64,000 nt of DNA from an uncultured Gemmatimonadales bacterium (lineage in GTDB: Bacteria > Gemmatimonadota > Gemmatimonadetes > Longimicrobiales > Gaopeijiaceae): assembly GCA_963823035.1 (NCBI GenBank), contig CAWGKG010000010.1, forward strand, positions 288,001 to 352,000, in the 5' to 3' direction. Of the stretch, positions 21,319 to 32,719 are shown one piece after another. Numbering within the stretch: the stretch's first letter is position 1; every line of letters starts with the position of its first letter. Under the pieces are notes generated by a model. The model worked only from the letters and a program-made list of their open reading frames with translations. It made no database searches and was not told the DNA's origin. Position numbers and translations under genes: made by a program.

Positions 21319-23243
21319 TCAGCCCCCCTGCGGCGGATGTCCCCTCGGGCCCATGTCCAGGTGGATCGCGCGGCTCGCGCGTGCGATCTCCGTGAAGCGC
21401 GGATCGCTCCGCAGGTCGTCCCACACCGGGTCGGACTGGAGGGAGATCAGTGCCCGCTCGTGGTGCGCGAGCGCCTCTCCGAGGGTGGTCAGCGCCCCTT
21501 CGCGATCCCCCGAGCCCGCCTGGGCCGCGGCGTACTCCGTGAGCGTGACGCGTCCGCCCGCGGCCCGCTCGGCGTCCAACCGGCCGCGCGTCCACGTCCA
21601 GTACCCGCGAGCGCCCTGCCCCTCGACGGCGGTCCGCAAGGCGCGTACCGCTTCGGCATCGGGCGCGTCGTCGCCACCACGCTGGCTCCAGCCCTCCACG
21701 GCCCCCACGGCCGCCTGCACGTCCCCGGCAGCGATCTGCGTGCGGGCCAGGAGCTCCCACGCCGGATCCATGTCCGGTGCGTCGTCGACCAGGTCGGACA
21801 GCATCTCCGTCGCGGACGAGAAGAGGCCCGAGGTCATCAACCGGCGCGCCGCCGCCAGCCGCTGGATGCGGCCGGCACGCTCCGAATCCGACGCGCGCAG
21901 GCGGACCTGCTCCTCGATCCGGCGGCCCATCTGCGTCATGGCGGCGACCCAGGCCGTGTCCATCCCGGCCACGTCCGGTGCCACCACGGTCACCCTCCCC
22001 GGGATCGGGGCGGCGGGAGGAGCCTTCTGGGTCGCGGCGGTCAGCGTTGCCGGGACCATCTGACGGATGAGCGTGAGGACCTCGCGCGCCTCGGCGGAGC
22101 TGCTGTCCATCTCCACGGCGTGCTGCGCCTCCCGGTGCGCCCGATCGAGCGTGGAGTCGGACAGCTCGGGGTCGGCCATGCCGAGGAGGAAGCGCGTGCC
22201 CGCGAGACCCGCCAGGGCGGGCGCGAAGGCGGAGTCCTCGGAGACGGCCTCCTGGAAGTGCGTCATGGCCGCGCGGTAGCCCTCCGGCGTGCCCTTCTCC
22301 TGCTCGAACTTGCCGCGCAGGTAGGCGTCCTGGGCCTGCGGGTCGACGTCCTGTGACGCGGTGCGCTCCAGGATCGTGGTCTCCTCGGGGCTCAACTCGG
22401 CCTGGACCTGGCGGGCGATGTCGAGCGCGACCTCGGCCTGCAGCGCGAGGATGTTGTCGAGCGAGCGGTCGTACTGCTTCGTCCAGAGGTTCGTCTCACT
22501 CGGCGGCGTGGATCAGGTTCACCGTGATGCGCACCTGGTCGTCCACGCGCCGGATCGATCCCTCGATCACCGCGTCGACCTGCAGCTCGCTGCCTATGCG
22601 CGGGATCGGCATCTCCGTCCCCGCGAAGCGCAGCACCGACGTGCGCGACACCACGCGCAGCCCGGCGATCTGGCTGAGCTGCGCGATGAGCTCCTCGTGC
22701 ATCCCGGCGCTGAAGTAGTCCTGCCCCCCGCCCTCCGAGATGTTGTTCAGCGGAAGCACCGCCAGGGAGCGGATCGGCGTCGCGGGATCGTACGCCACCA
22801 ACGCAGGGGTGGCGGCCGACCCGCCATTGCCCCCGCGGCGGGCCCGCTGCGGCGCCTCGAGCAGGCCCTCGCGGGCCATCCACAGGCCCAGGGCACCCAC
22901 GATCGTCAGCGTGAAGACGAGAAGCGCGAGGCGCGGCGTGAGGCGCTCCCGGGCGCCGCTCGGCGGGGCCGCCCGGCACGTCCTCGGTGCGCTTGATGCC
23001 CTCGGAGGTGATGTCGAACACCCACGCCAGCACCACGGCCGGGGGAAAGAGGAGCATCACCGTCACCACCAGGATCCGCAGGCCGGTCTCCCCGATGTTG
23101 AAGGCGGGGAACACGATCTCGGCGAGCTGGAGGACGACGAACGCGACTGCGGCGTATCCGATCGAGAAGCGCACCACGTGGCGTCGCCTCATCTCGGAGA
23201 GGAACTGGCTGAATCCCGAAGGCCCGTCTTTTCGCGTGCTCAT
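21319..23243 (-). CDS. Membrane-anchored TolB-like/TPR protein (frameshifts near 22950 and 22495)
   Basis: [24 protein letters not shown] region; [40 protein letters not shown] TPRs; [13 protein letters not shown]. Confidence 0.8.
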
Positions 23244-23314
23244 CTGTCCTTGAAGACACCGCGTCGGGTGGGAGGGTTAAGCGGTAGAGGATCCACTACC
23301 CCGGAAGACCCTGT

Positions 23315-24178
23315 TCAGAACCCCCGGCCGTCCGCCCGCCTGCGCAGCACCGCCTGGATGCGCAGCATGAAGCGGGGCGGATCCACCGGCTTGACCACGA
23401 AGTCGTCGGCGCCGGCCTCGAAGAGCTCCATCTCGATCGACGGATCGTCCGATCCCGTAGCGACGACGACGGGCACGCCCGCGGTCGCCAGGTGGCCCCG
23501 CATGCGCCTCAGGAACTCCAGCCCGGGCATCTTCTCCATCTGCAGGTCGAGCGTGACCAGGTCGAAGGGGCCGTCGCGCCCGAGCGTCTCCAGCGCCTCC
23601 GGCCCGTCCGGCGCCTCGTGCACGAGGTAGCCTCCTTCTTCCAGCACGGCGCGCAGGAGCGCCCGGCTGTCCGCGTCGTCGTCGACGACCAGGATGTGCG
23701 GCCGCGCCTTCGCGGTCTCCTTCGAGGTCGGGGCCGGGGGAGGCGGCGCGGCGGCTTCCGGATAGGCGCGAGCCACCGCCTCCATGAGCGCGCCGGGCGG
23801 CCCGATCTCGAACTGGACGGATCTTCCGGTGACCTGCGCGATCTCGCGCTCGGCCGCCATGCTCACCGGATCCGCCGTCGCCACCCGGATCGCGCGGTCC
23901 GTGCAGCGGAGGGGGAGAACGCCGAGCGCGCGGGCGAGCCCGGCGGGGAAGAGCCTGTACGAGCGCGCCTCGGCACGCGGCAGATCCGCGACCGGGAGGC
24001 GGTAGTGCGAAGCCACGCAGGCCGCCAGCGTGTCCGGGTCCGTGCCGATGTGCCGCGTGACCGCGTCCCACGCCGCACCCACCGACGTGTGCGCGGGGAT
24101 GTCGAGCGCATCGGCACCGGGGAGCTTCGCCGCCCGCGCCACGGACACGATCCAGTGCTGGGTTGCCCGAGTCTCCAA
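23315..24178 (-). CDS. Response regulator with N-terminal GspE/PilB-type (T2SSE_N) domain
   Basis: LARALGVLPL..IRVATADP..EIAQVTGRSVQFEI; REC ILVVDDD, TLDLQM, GADDFVVKP; AGAGGA RBS + TTG. Confidence 0.8.
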   Translation of the reverse strand: METRATQHWIVSVARAAKLPGADALDIPAHTSVGAAWDAVTRHIGTDPDTLAACVASHYRLPVADLPRAEARSYRLFPAGLARALGVLPLRCTDRAIRVATADPVSMAAEREIAQVTGRSVQFEIGPPGALMEAVARAYPEAAAPPPPAPTSKETAKARPHILVVDDDADSRALLRAVLEEGGYLVHEAPDGPEALETLGRDGPFDLVTLDLQMEKMPGLEFLRRMRGHLATAGVPVVVATGSDDPSIEMELFEAGADDFVVKPVDPPRFMLRIQAVLRRRADGRGF

Positions 24179-24287
24179 ACGCCGTCCTCTGGAATCGATG
24201 GGTCCCCGCGGGCGAGCCGTCGCGGGCACCGGTCGGGCCAACTTGCCGCTGGCGCACCGCCTCCGCCACCCCGAAGTTGTCGGCGCC

Positions 24288-26107
24288 ATGCAGATCGCCT
24301 ACCTGGACGGCCCCCGACTTCGTAGATCGCTGGTCGCGGCCTGCGAGTACGCGCAGCGCCAACGCAGTGAGCTCAACCGCATCAACGTGTTTCCCGTTCC
24401 CGACGGGGACACGGGCACGAACCTCGCGCTCACGGCCCGCGCGATCGCCGATCACCTGCGGAAGAACCGCGATCCCGGCGTGGCGGCGGTGGCCGAGGAG
24501 GCCGCGCAGGCCGCGGTGCTCGGGGCCCGCGGCAACTGTGGGATGATGTTGTCCCACTTCCTCCTCGGCTTCGCTGAAGGCCTCCGCGACCGCGCGCGTG
24601 TCGGGACCCACGAGTTCGGCGCGGCCCTGCGCCACGGCGTCGCCAACCTCCTGTCGGCGCTCGAGCGGCCCGTGGAGGGCACGATCCTGACCGTCATGCG
24701 CGACACGGCCGAGGCCGCCGTGCGAGCCGTCCATCGGGACTTCGTCGCCCTCCTGAGCCAACTGGTCGACGAGGCACGCGCGTCGTTGGCGCGCACTCCG
24801 GAGTTCCTACCGGTCCTGAAGCACGCGGGCGTGGTGGACGCCGGCGCCAAGGGCTTCGTGAGCCTCCTCGAGGGCGCGCTCCTCTTCATCCACGGGGATC
24901 CGCTGGTCGCGGTGGACGGCCGCGCCGAGGAGGAGGCGGAGCCGGCCATGGTGCGCGTGGACTTCCCCGGCGCGAGCGAGCGCTACCGCTTCTGCACCGA
25001 GGCGCTCGTGCGCGGGGAGGCACTCCCGAACCAGGACGAGGTCCGAGCCCATCTGCGTGAGCGCGGGGATTCGCTCATCGTGATCCGGTCCGGCAAGGTG
25101 CTCAAGGTGCACGTGCACACCGACGATCCCGAGGAGGTGTTCACCTACCTGCGCGCCCTGGGCCGGCTCGTCACGCACAAGGCCGAGGACATGCAGGCGC
25201 AGCACGAGGCCGTGGAGCGCGCCGCGGACCAGCACATCCGCCTCGCCCGCCGCCCCGTGACCGTGATGACCGACTCTGCCGCCGACCTTCCCGAGGAGGT
25301 GCTCCGCGCACACGGCATCCACGTCACCCCGCTCCTCCTGCTGGACGGCGACGAACACCTATCGCGACGGGGTGGACATCACGGCCCGGAGAATTCCACG
25401 CGCGCATGGCCGCCGACGGTCCCGTGCCCACCACCAGCCAGCCGGCGCCGGCGGACTTCCTGGAGACGTACGCCCGCGCTGCGGAGGACGGCGAGAGCGT
25501 CGTGGGTGTGATCCTGGCATCGGGGCTGTCCGGGACGTTCTCGAGCGCCACGGCCGCCGCCGGTCGCTTCAGCGGCACCCCGGTGCACCTCGTGGACTCG
25601 CAGGCGGCCTCCCTCCTCCAGGGGCTGCTCGTCCTCAAGGCCTGTGAGCTCGCCGAGCTGGCCACGCCGCCCGAGGCGATCGTGCGCGAGCTCGAGCGCA
25701 TCCGTCGGCGCTCCGGCATCCTCTTCACGGTCGACACCTTCGACCGGCTGCTGGCATCGGGGCGTGTGGGCCGCGGCCAGGCCATGCTCGGCTCGATGCT
25801 GAGCGTGAAGCCCATCCTCGGCCTGACAGCGGACGGCAGGGTGGAGCCGGTCGGAAAGGCGCTCGGGCGCAAGCGGGCGCAGACGGCGCTCCTCGACGCC
25901 GTGAAGGCACGCCTTCCGAAGGGCGTGCGCAAGGTGCGCTTCGGTGTCGTCTACGTGGGCGACGACGAGGTGGTGAAGCCCGTATCCGGGGCACTCCGTA
26001 GTCACTTCGGTTACGATGTGGAGATCCTCACGTCACCGGCCACCCCCGTCCTCGCGACGCATCTGGGGATCGGCGCCTGGGGCGTGGCCTACCTCGCGGA
26101 GGATTGA
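24288..26107 (+). CDS. DAK2 domain-DegV fusion (FakA/FakB-like fatty acid kinase), frameshift near 25360-25400
   Basis: LNRINVFPVPDGDTGTN, GARGNCG, PVEGTILTV, VVDAGAKG, KVHVHT; DegV TDSAADLP, TTSQP, LSGTFSSA, ATHLG. Confidence 0.9.
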
Positions 26108-26202
26108 GCGGCACCCATCCCTGCCAACCAGCTGTGAAGCGCCCGCGGTCGGTGCCCGGGCGTATCGCGGATGAAACAGACCCTTCGATCCAGACCTCAC
26201 CG

Positions 26203-29200
26203 ATGATCGCTCAACTCGTTCCGGCCGCGCTCGCGGCGCTCACGTTCGCGCCCCAGCAGGCTCCCGACGCCTGGCAGCAGGGCGTTTCCTACCGCATCGA
26301 AGCCCGTCTGGACGAAGACGCCGAGACCCTCTCCGGCCGCGCGCGCGTCTGGTACCGGAACGAGTCTCCGGACACCCTGCGCGACTTCTATCTGCACCTC
26401 TACCTGAACGCGTTCCGCCCGAACTCCGAGTGGGCGCGGACCGATCTGGAGCACGGCGTCCGGACGTTTCAGGACCTCACGCCGGAGGAGCAGGGCTTCG
26501 AGCGGCTGCAACGGGTGAAGGTGGACGGCGCCGACGCCCCCGTCTTCTATCCCTTCGCACCGGACTCGACGGTCGCGCGCCTCGCCCTCCCCGCGCCGGT
26601 TCCCCCCGGCGGAGAGATCGTGCTCGACTACGACTGGAGCGCACGTCCGTCGACGGTGGCGCGCCGCCAGGGGCGCCGGGGTCGCCACTACGACTTCGCG
26701 CAGTGGTATCCACGCGTGGCCGTCTACGACCTGGAGGGATGGCAGGATCATCCGCTGTACCGTCAGGGTGAGTTCTACAGCGAGTTCGCGACGTACGACG
26801 TGACCCTCGACGTGGCGTCGGACCAGGTGATCGGCGCGACGGGGGTGCCGGTGGAAGGCGATCCCGGATGGGCGGGCGCCGCCGTGCCCGGCACGGGCGC
26901 GGTGGAGCTGCAGAGCGACTGGTACGGGACGATGCAGGGTCCCCCGTGCGTCGTGCGCGACGGACTGCGTACCTGTGGCGTTCCGGTGCGCCGTGAGCTG
27001 GAGCCGGGCGAGCCCCTGGGCCTGCTGGACGCGCAGGCGGCCGCGGGACGCAAGCAGGTGCGGTGGCACGCGGAGGACGTTCACCACTTCGCCTGGTCCA
27101 CCAGCCCCGACTACATCTACGAGCAGGGCACGTACAACGACGTCGCCATCCACGTGCTCTATCGACCCGGCGACCGCGAGGAGTGGGGCGACGGGAAGGC
27201 GGTGCAGCGCACCGTGGTTGCGCTCCGCTGGCTGAACACCGTCTTCGGCAAGTACCCCTACCCGCAGGTGACCAACCTCCACCGGATCGAGGGCGGCGGC
27301 ACCGAGTTCCCGATGATGGTCATGAACGGGGGCGCCTCGCAGGGGCTGATCCTCCACGAGGTGGGGCACATCTACACCTTCGGCATCCTCGCCAACAACG
27401 AGTGGTACGAGGGGTGGATGGACGAGGGCTTCACCTCGTTCCAGACGGCGTGGTACTTCGAGGAGCAGGGCGCCGGCCGGTCGCAGTGGCTGGGGAGCGA
27501 GATGCGCATCCTGGACATGGAGCTGCACGGCATCACGGAGCCGGTGACGCTGCAAGCCGAGCGCTACGCGGAGATGGGCATCTACAGCTCGATGATCTAC
27601 ACGAAGGGATCGCTCGTGCTGTGGATGCTGCGCGAGATGGCGGGCAAGGAGAAGATGCTCGAGATCACGCGCACCTACTTCGAGCGCTACAAGTTCCACC
27701 ACGTCGATCAGCAGGCGCTCCAGTCGGTCGCCGAAGAGGTGATGCGCCAGGACCTCGACTGGTTCTTCGGGGAGTGGCTGCATACCACCGGCGTCGTGGA
27801 CTACGCGCTCGAGGGTGTGCACGTGGAGCGGGAGGGCTCGGAGTGGGTCACGCGCGTGGACGTGTCGCGCCGCGGCGAGATGCGCATGCCCGTGCCGCTC
27901 CGCCTCACGAACGGCGACGCGGTACGCGACACGGTGGTGCCCGGCGACGCGCTGCACGCGACGCACGTGATCCGCACGAGCTTCGAGCCGAGGTCGGTGC
28001 GCCTCGACCCGAGGTTGATCACGATGGACTGGAACGCGCTCGACAACGCGTGGCCGTCCGGACCGATGAGCGGCGCGGCCTACGCGCGCGGCTTCGACAA
28101 CCCGCTGGGTGCGCTGCCCGTGTACCGCGACCGGGCGGCGCTCCGCTTCTTCCCGCTGGCGTGGTACAACGACGCCGGCGGCATCGTCGGCGGCCTCCAG
28201 GTGCGCACGTCCTACATGGGCGACATGCGCCGCGCGCTCCTGCGCATCGGCGGACCCGCGGTGGAGGGTGCGGGCGTCGGCGGCACGTCGACGGCCAGGG
28301 ATCCCGGCTCGCTCTACTTCCTCCTCGAGAACCCGATCCTCTTCGACCGTCCGCGCTTCGGCCTGAGCGTCGAAGGCTTCGGCGGAGAGGGCCGCGGGTT
28401 CTTCCGCCTCGCCGGTGAGCGCGACGTGAGCGCGATGCCCTTGAGCGGCCCCCGCCGCTCCGTGCGCGTGTCGATCGCGGTGACCGGCATCTACGATTCG
28501 ACCTACGTGCACCAGGGTCGCTGGTCGCCGGACACCCACCTCGACGTGGAGGGCGGGCTGGGCTTCCGTCGCTCGGGCCGGCTGTGGACCACCGACCTCG
28601 GCGGGTCGCTCGGGCTGACCACGGACGATCGCGTCTACATGCGCGGGATCCTCACCTCCGAGCTCGGCGCGACGACGCGGTCCGGGTGGAGGCTCGGGAT
28701 GCGCTTCTTCGCCGGTGGTGCGATGGCGCACGAGGACAACGTGTGGCGCGGAGAGCGCGCTCCCCGTGAGCGGCAGATGTTCCTCTCCGGCGGAGATCCG
28801 CTGGTGGAGCTGTCGAACCCGTGGATCCGGAGCGCCGGCGCGGCCTTCGACGAGGAGGGCTGGGTGGAGGGCGGAGGCCGGCTGCTCGGATACGACAAGG
28901 GACTGTCCTTCGCGCAGCTCCTCACGCTCACCGTGGACGCGCGCACCGCTCCGGTCGGTCTCGGCCTCGGCCTGCAGGCGGCCGCCCGCGTGTTCGGGGG
29001 CGTCGGCCTCGGCTCGAAGCCGTGGCCGGTGGACGGCCCCGCGGTCCTCGCGGATCTGGCCGAGCCCATCGAGGGGTGGAGCCACGCGTACGCTTCCGGG
29101 GGTGCCGGCGTGGAGGTGGGGCTCGCGCGCTCCCCCATCCGGCTGCGTGTCGACGTGCCCTTCTTCGTGGCCGACCCCGAGCTGTCGACGCGGTCGCGCA

Positions 29201-29250
29201 TCGACCGGGTCGGCTTCCGCTACTCGATCCGCCTCATCGGCTATCGGTAG
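26203..29250 (+). CDS. M1 family zinc metallopeptidase with long C-terminal beta-rich extension
   Basis: Signal-like N-terminus; QWYPR, GGTEFP, HEVGH followed by WMDEG, YTKG. Confidence 0.88.
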   Translation: MIAQLVPAALAALTFAPQQAPDAWQQGVSYRIEARLDEDAETLSGRARVWYRNESPDTLRDFYLHLYLNAFRPNSEWARTDLEHGVRTFQDLTPEEQGFERLQRVKVDGADAPVFYPFAPDSTVARLALPAPVPPGGEIVLDYDWSARPSTVARRQGRRGRHYDFAQWYPRVAVYDLEGWQDHPLYRQGEFYSEFATYDVTLDVASDQVIGATGVPVEGDPGWAGAAVPGTGAVELQSDWYGTMQGPPCVVRDGLRTCGVPVRRELEPGEPLGLLDAQAAAGRKQVRWHAEDVHHFAWSTSPDYIYEQGTYNDVAIHVLYRPGDREEWGDGKAVQRTVVALRWLNTVFGKYPYPQVTNLHRIEGGGTEFPMMVMNGGASQGLILHEVGHIYTFGILANNEWYEGWMDEGFTSFQTAWYFEEQGAGRSQWLGSEMRILDMELHGITEPVTLQAERYAEMGIYSSMIYTKGSLVLWMLREMAGKEKMLEITRTYFERYKFHHVDQQALQSVAEEVMRQDLDWFFGEWLHTTGVVDYALEGVHVEREGSEWVTRVDVSRRGEMRMPVPLRLTNGDAVRDTVVPGDALHATHVIRTSFEPRSVRLDPRLITMDWNALDNAWPSGPMSGAAYARGFDNPLGALPVYRDRAALRFFPLAWYNDAGGIVGGLQVRTSYMGDMRRALLRIGGPAVEGAGVGGTSTARDPGSLYFLLENPILFDRPRFGLSVEGFGGEGRGFFRLAGERDVSAMPLSGPRRSVRVSIAVTGIYDSTYVHQGRWSPDTHLDVEGGLGFRRSGRLWTTDLGGSLGLTTDDRVYMRGILTSELGATTRSGWRLGMRFFAGGAMAHEDNVWRGERAPRERQMFLSGGDPLVELSNPWIRSAGAAFDEEGWVEGGGRLLGYDKGLSFAQLLTLTVDARTAPVGLGLGLQAAARVFGGVGLGSKPWPVDGPAVLADLAEPIEGWSHAYASGGAGVEVGLARSPIRLRVDVPFFVADPELSTRSRIDRVGFRYSIRLIGYR

Positions 29251-29256
29251 GGTGCC

Positions 29257-29704
29257 TCAGCCGCGCAGCTTCTGCTTTCCCGCGACGAGGACGTCGTAGG
29301 TAGCGCGCTGGGCCGACGACAGCGTCGGCCGGGAGTCCGACGAGGATCGCCCGGCCGCCCTTGCCACCGGGGAGGTGGAGGATCAGGTGATCGCGGGGCG
29401 CCGGGGCCTCGTAGGGCCGCGCGAGGCCGCTGGCGTCCACGGCGACCGTCCGCCCCGGCGCGAGGGCTTCGGCGAGCCGCCGTCCGTACTCGGTCCACGC
29501 GGCCAGCGGATCGCCCTCCCCCGAGGCGACCTGCGGGATCAGCGTGTCCCTGTAGAAGCCCACCGCCTCCGCGTACCCCTCCGGATTCGCCTGCTTCAGC
29601 TCGCGCAGGCGTTCGCGGTAGAACTCCCTCGGATCCCGGGCGCCTTCGGCCGCGAGCGCCTCCTCGAGGCGGCGGTCCGCTGCAGCGGTCACGTCGTCGG
29701 ACAT
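29257..29704 (-). CDS. Hypothetical protein (frameshift near 29325)
   Basis: MSDDVTAAADRRLEEAL..DPREFYRERL; end LSSAQRATYDVLVAGKQKLRG in an adjacent frame. Confidence 0.65.
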
Positions 29705-29812
29705 GGGTCGAAGGATCGTCGGGCCCCCCCGCAGCGTCAATCCGCTCGCACGCCGGTTCCCGGCGTGGTCCGGCTCGTTGATCCACCAACACATGGACGA
29801 TACGTTGAGACC

Positions 29813-30356
29813 ATGAATCCGCCCGCCTTTCCAGGTTCAGGGTCTCACGCCGCAGCCCACGGAGTATCTGGACGTGCCGTGGGACATGTTCGGCGAGCTG
29901 TGTCGGGCCCTCGCGCTCCGTGTCGCCCGCGACTACCAGCCCGACCTCGTGGTGGGCATCGCCCGCGCCGGCGTCATTCCGGCGGCCGTGGTCGCGTCCA
30001 TCCTGCGCGTCGACTTCTACTCGATGAAGATCTCCCGCAAGGAGGGGGACGAGCAGGTGCGCGAGCGCCCCGCCGTCCTGTCCGCCGCCCCGACGCAGGC
30101 ATCGGGCAAGCGGGTTCTCCTGGTGGACGAGATCGCCACCTCGGGTGAGACGCTGCGCATGGCGCTCGCGGCCGTGCGTGACGTTCGCCCGCTCGAGGTC
30201 CGTACCGCCACGAGCTTCGCCCGCACCAAGGGCTACAAGCCGGACTACTTCGCGCTGGAGACGGACGCGACGGTGATCTTCCCGTGGGACCGGAAGATCT
30301 TCGAAGAAGGGGAGCTCGTCGTGAACCCGCGGTATTCCTCCGTCCTGGACGAGTAG
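29813..30356 (+). CDS. Phosphoribosyltransferase (xanthine/hypoxanthine PRT-like), probable frameshift near 29867
   Basis: VVGIARAGVIPA, PRPP loop VLLVDEIATSGETL, IFPWD. Confidence 0.85.
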
Positions 30357-30606
30357 GGACTCCAGGGGTAGGGCGGAGGGCCGGCGCCCCCGCCCCTCGA
30401 CGCGTGGGCGACTCCCGCCCCCCACCGCGGTGGTTGGAGAACGCTTCGGGTTCCGCGTCGTCAACACGCGCTCGGGACGGGGGCGCCGACCCTCCTCCGA
30501 CCTCCGCGATCGCAACTCGTCCAGGACTCCGGCGGGCGGATGCACGGCGATCTCTGGGGGCCCGTGGCCGGCGCCGGCGCTCCGCGCGGGCCGCACCCGA
30601 CCCGAA

Positions 30607-31863
30607 CTACCCCCCCTGCGCCATGGAATCCAGGAACTCCCGGTTCGTCTCGGTCCGCTTCATGCGGCTGAGCAGGAACTCGATCGCCTCTGAAGCGGGC
30701 ATGTCACCCAGGAAGTTGCGCAGGAGATAGACGCGGTTGAGCTCGGTCTCGCTGAGGAGCAACTCCTCTTTCCGCGTGCCGGAGCGGTTGAGGTCGATGG
30801 CGGGGAAGATGCGCTTGTCCGAGATGTGCCGGTCGAGGATGAGCTCCATGTTCCCGGTGCCCTTGAACTCCTCGAAGATCACCTCGTCCATGCGGCTGCC
30901 GGTCTCGACCAGCGCGGTGGCGATGATCGTGAGCGACCCGCCGTCCTCGATGTTGCGCGCCGCCCCGAAGAAGCGCTTGGGCTTGTGCAGCGCGTTGGCG
31001 TCCACGCCGCCGGAGAGGATCTTCCCGGAGTGGGGCACGGTCACGTTGTACGCGCGCGCAAGGCGCGTGATCGAGTCGAGGAGGATGACGACGTCCTTCC
31101 CGTGCTCCACCAGGCGCTTCGCCTTCTCCATCACCATCTCGGCCACCTGCGTGTGCCGCTCGGCCGGCTCGTCGAAGGTGGACGAGATGACCTCGGCGTC
31201 GACGTGCTCCTCCATGTCCGTCACCTCTTCGGGCCGCTCGTCGATGAGCAGGACGATGAGGTGGACCTCCGGATGGTTCGTCGAGATCGAGTTGGCGATC
31301 TGCTGGAGGATCGTCGTCTTCCCGGCTTTGGGCGGCGAGACGATGAGGCCCCGCTGGCCCTTCCCGATCGGCGCGACGAGGTCGATGACACGCGTGGCGA
31401 GAGTACCGTTCTCGTCGAGCTCCAGGCGGAGCCGGTCCTCGGGATAGCGAGGACGGAGGTTGTCGAACGCGACGCGGTGCTGGGTGGACTCGGGGTCGAG
31501 CGTGTTGATCGTCTCGACCTTGAGGAGCGCGAGGTAGCGCTCGCCGTCCTTGGGCGGACGCACCTGTCCCTGGATGGTGTCTCCCGTGCGCAGGTCGAAG
31601 CGCTTGATCTGCGAGGGGCTCACGTAGATGTCGTCGGGCCCGTACAGGTAGTTCCAATCCTGGGAGCGCAGGAAGCCGTACCCCTCGGGGAGGATCTCCA
31701 GGACCCCCTCGCCGCGGAGCACGACCTCCTCCTCGAGGAGGTTCTGCTCGATACGGAAGATCAGGTCCTGCTTCCGGAGGCCCGCGTAGTTCTGGATCGC
31801 GAGCTCTTCGGCCATGTCCTGCAGCTCGCCGACGTTCTTGCTCTTGAGCTCGGAGATGTCCAC
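30607..31863 (-). CDS. rho: Transcription termination factor Rho
   Basis: [76 protein letters not shown] start. Confidence 0.98.
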   Translation of the reverse strand: MDISELKSKNVGELQDMAEELAIQNYAGLRKQDLIFRIEQNLLEEEVVLRGEGVLEILPEGYGFLRSQDWNYLYGPDDIYVSPSQIKRFDLRTGDTIQGQVRPPKDGERYLALLKVETINTLDPESTQHRVAFDNLRPRYPEDRLRLELDENGTLATRVIDLVAPIGKGQRGLIVSPPKAGKTTILQQIANSISTNHPEVHLIVLLIDERPEEVTDMEEHVDAEVISSTFDEPAERHTQVAEMVMEKAKRLVEHGKDVVILLDSITRLARAYNVTVPHSGKILSGGVDANALHKPKRFFGAARNIEDGGSLTIIATALVETGSRMDEVIFEEFKGTGNMELILDRHISDKRIFPAIDLNRSGTRKEELLLSETELNRVYLLRNFLGDMPASEAIEFLLSRMKRTETNREFLDSMAQGG

Positions 31864-32031
31864 GGGAGGGGGCCTCGGACGAAAGGTAGGGGCTACCGGG
31901 GAAGGGGGCGGGATCGAAGAGAGGAGCGAGGCGGCGCCAGCGCCACCGGGTACGGATTCGTCTCGACTGGCTTCCCGCCTGGGAGGCGGAGGCCGGAACG
32001 TGATTGCGGAGTTGGGCTTGGAGTGGAGGCT

Positions 32032-32061
32032 AAGGTACGACCGACCGCGGAAAGCGGTCAA
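32032..32061 (-). promoter_or_regulatory. Putative sigma70 promoter of rho
   Basis: TTGACC-18nt-TACCTT on the minus strand. Confidence 0.55.
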
Positions 32062-32246
32062 GATAGACGTCTACGGCCGCAGAGCGTCGCCGAAGCAGGA
32101 CCCGGAGCAGGCGATGCGGAACGGGACTTCCTTTCCGTCCTATTCTCATCGCGCCGACGCGGAGGAGTAGGAGAAAATTGAAACGGGTCGGATGGCCAGG
32201 ATCATTGTCGCGTGCGCGATTTCGGCATCCGCGCCACAAGGAAATC

Positions 32247-32275
32247 TTGACATTTCGCCCCGGGACAGAAACATT
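32247..32275 (+). promoter_or_regulatory. Putative sigma70 promoter
   Basis: TTGACA-17nt-AACATT. Confidence 0.55.
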
Positions 32276-32317
32276 CGTTTACCCAATTCTGGACAGTCCC
32301 CCCTCCGGAGGAAACGG

Positions 32318-32674
32318 GTGGCAAGACACAATCGCGAGGGTCGTGGAGCGGACCAGCGCGGCTTCGAATACGGCGTGAACTACCAACCGGATTGGCTCAA
32401 GCAAGTCAAGGTGACGCGGCAGCTCGAGACGGGACGGCAATCGACCAAGACGCTGTTCCGGAATCCAGCCGACGCGCCCGAGGCGGAGCCCGGGGAACGT
32501 GTGCGGACGCGCATCATTTCCCGCGACCAGAGGCTCGACTTCGAACTGGCCCTCACGGACCCCCGCTCGGCGGTGCGTAGCATCCGCGTGTGCTACACCC
32601 TCCCCGGTGACAACGGCCGCGTCGAGGAGGTGGAGTTCACCCTCGAGTCGGAGACTCCCCTCGACCGCGGCTGA
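32318..32674 (+). CDS. Hypothetical protein (118 aa)
   Basis: GGAGGA RBS + GTG; own promoter and terminator; no recognised domain. Confidence 0.7.
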   Translation: MARHNREGRGADQRGFEYGVNYQPDWLKQVKVTRQLETGRQSTKTLFRNPADAPEAEPGERVRTRIISRDQRLDFELALTDPRSAVRSIRVCYTLPGDNGRVEEVEFTLESETPLDRG

Positions 32675-32719
32675 TCCCTGCCGCGGCGCGCCGGAGGCGA
32701 CCACACCGGCGCGCCCCCG

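Noticed and set aside
26197..29085. Long antisense and alternate-frame ORFs (this one and many others)
   Set aside because: Shadow ORFs expected at high GC, overlapping well-supported genes and lacking motifs
30357..30606. Possible tRNA or ncRNA between PRT and rho
   Set aside because: No cloverleaf or T-loop motif; only GC-rich hairpins expected between convergent genes
30607..32061. N-terminally extended Rho (484 aa)
   Set aside because: The extension is low-complexity and begins at the predicted -35 box; Rho-like sequence starts at GTG 31863
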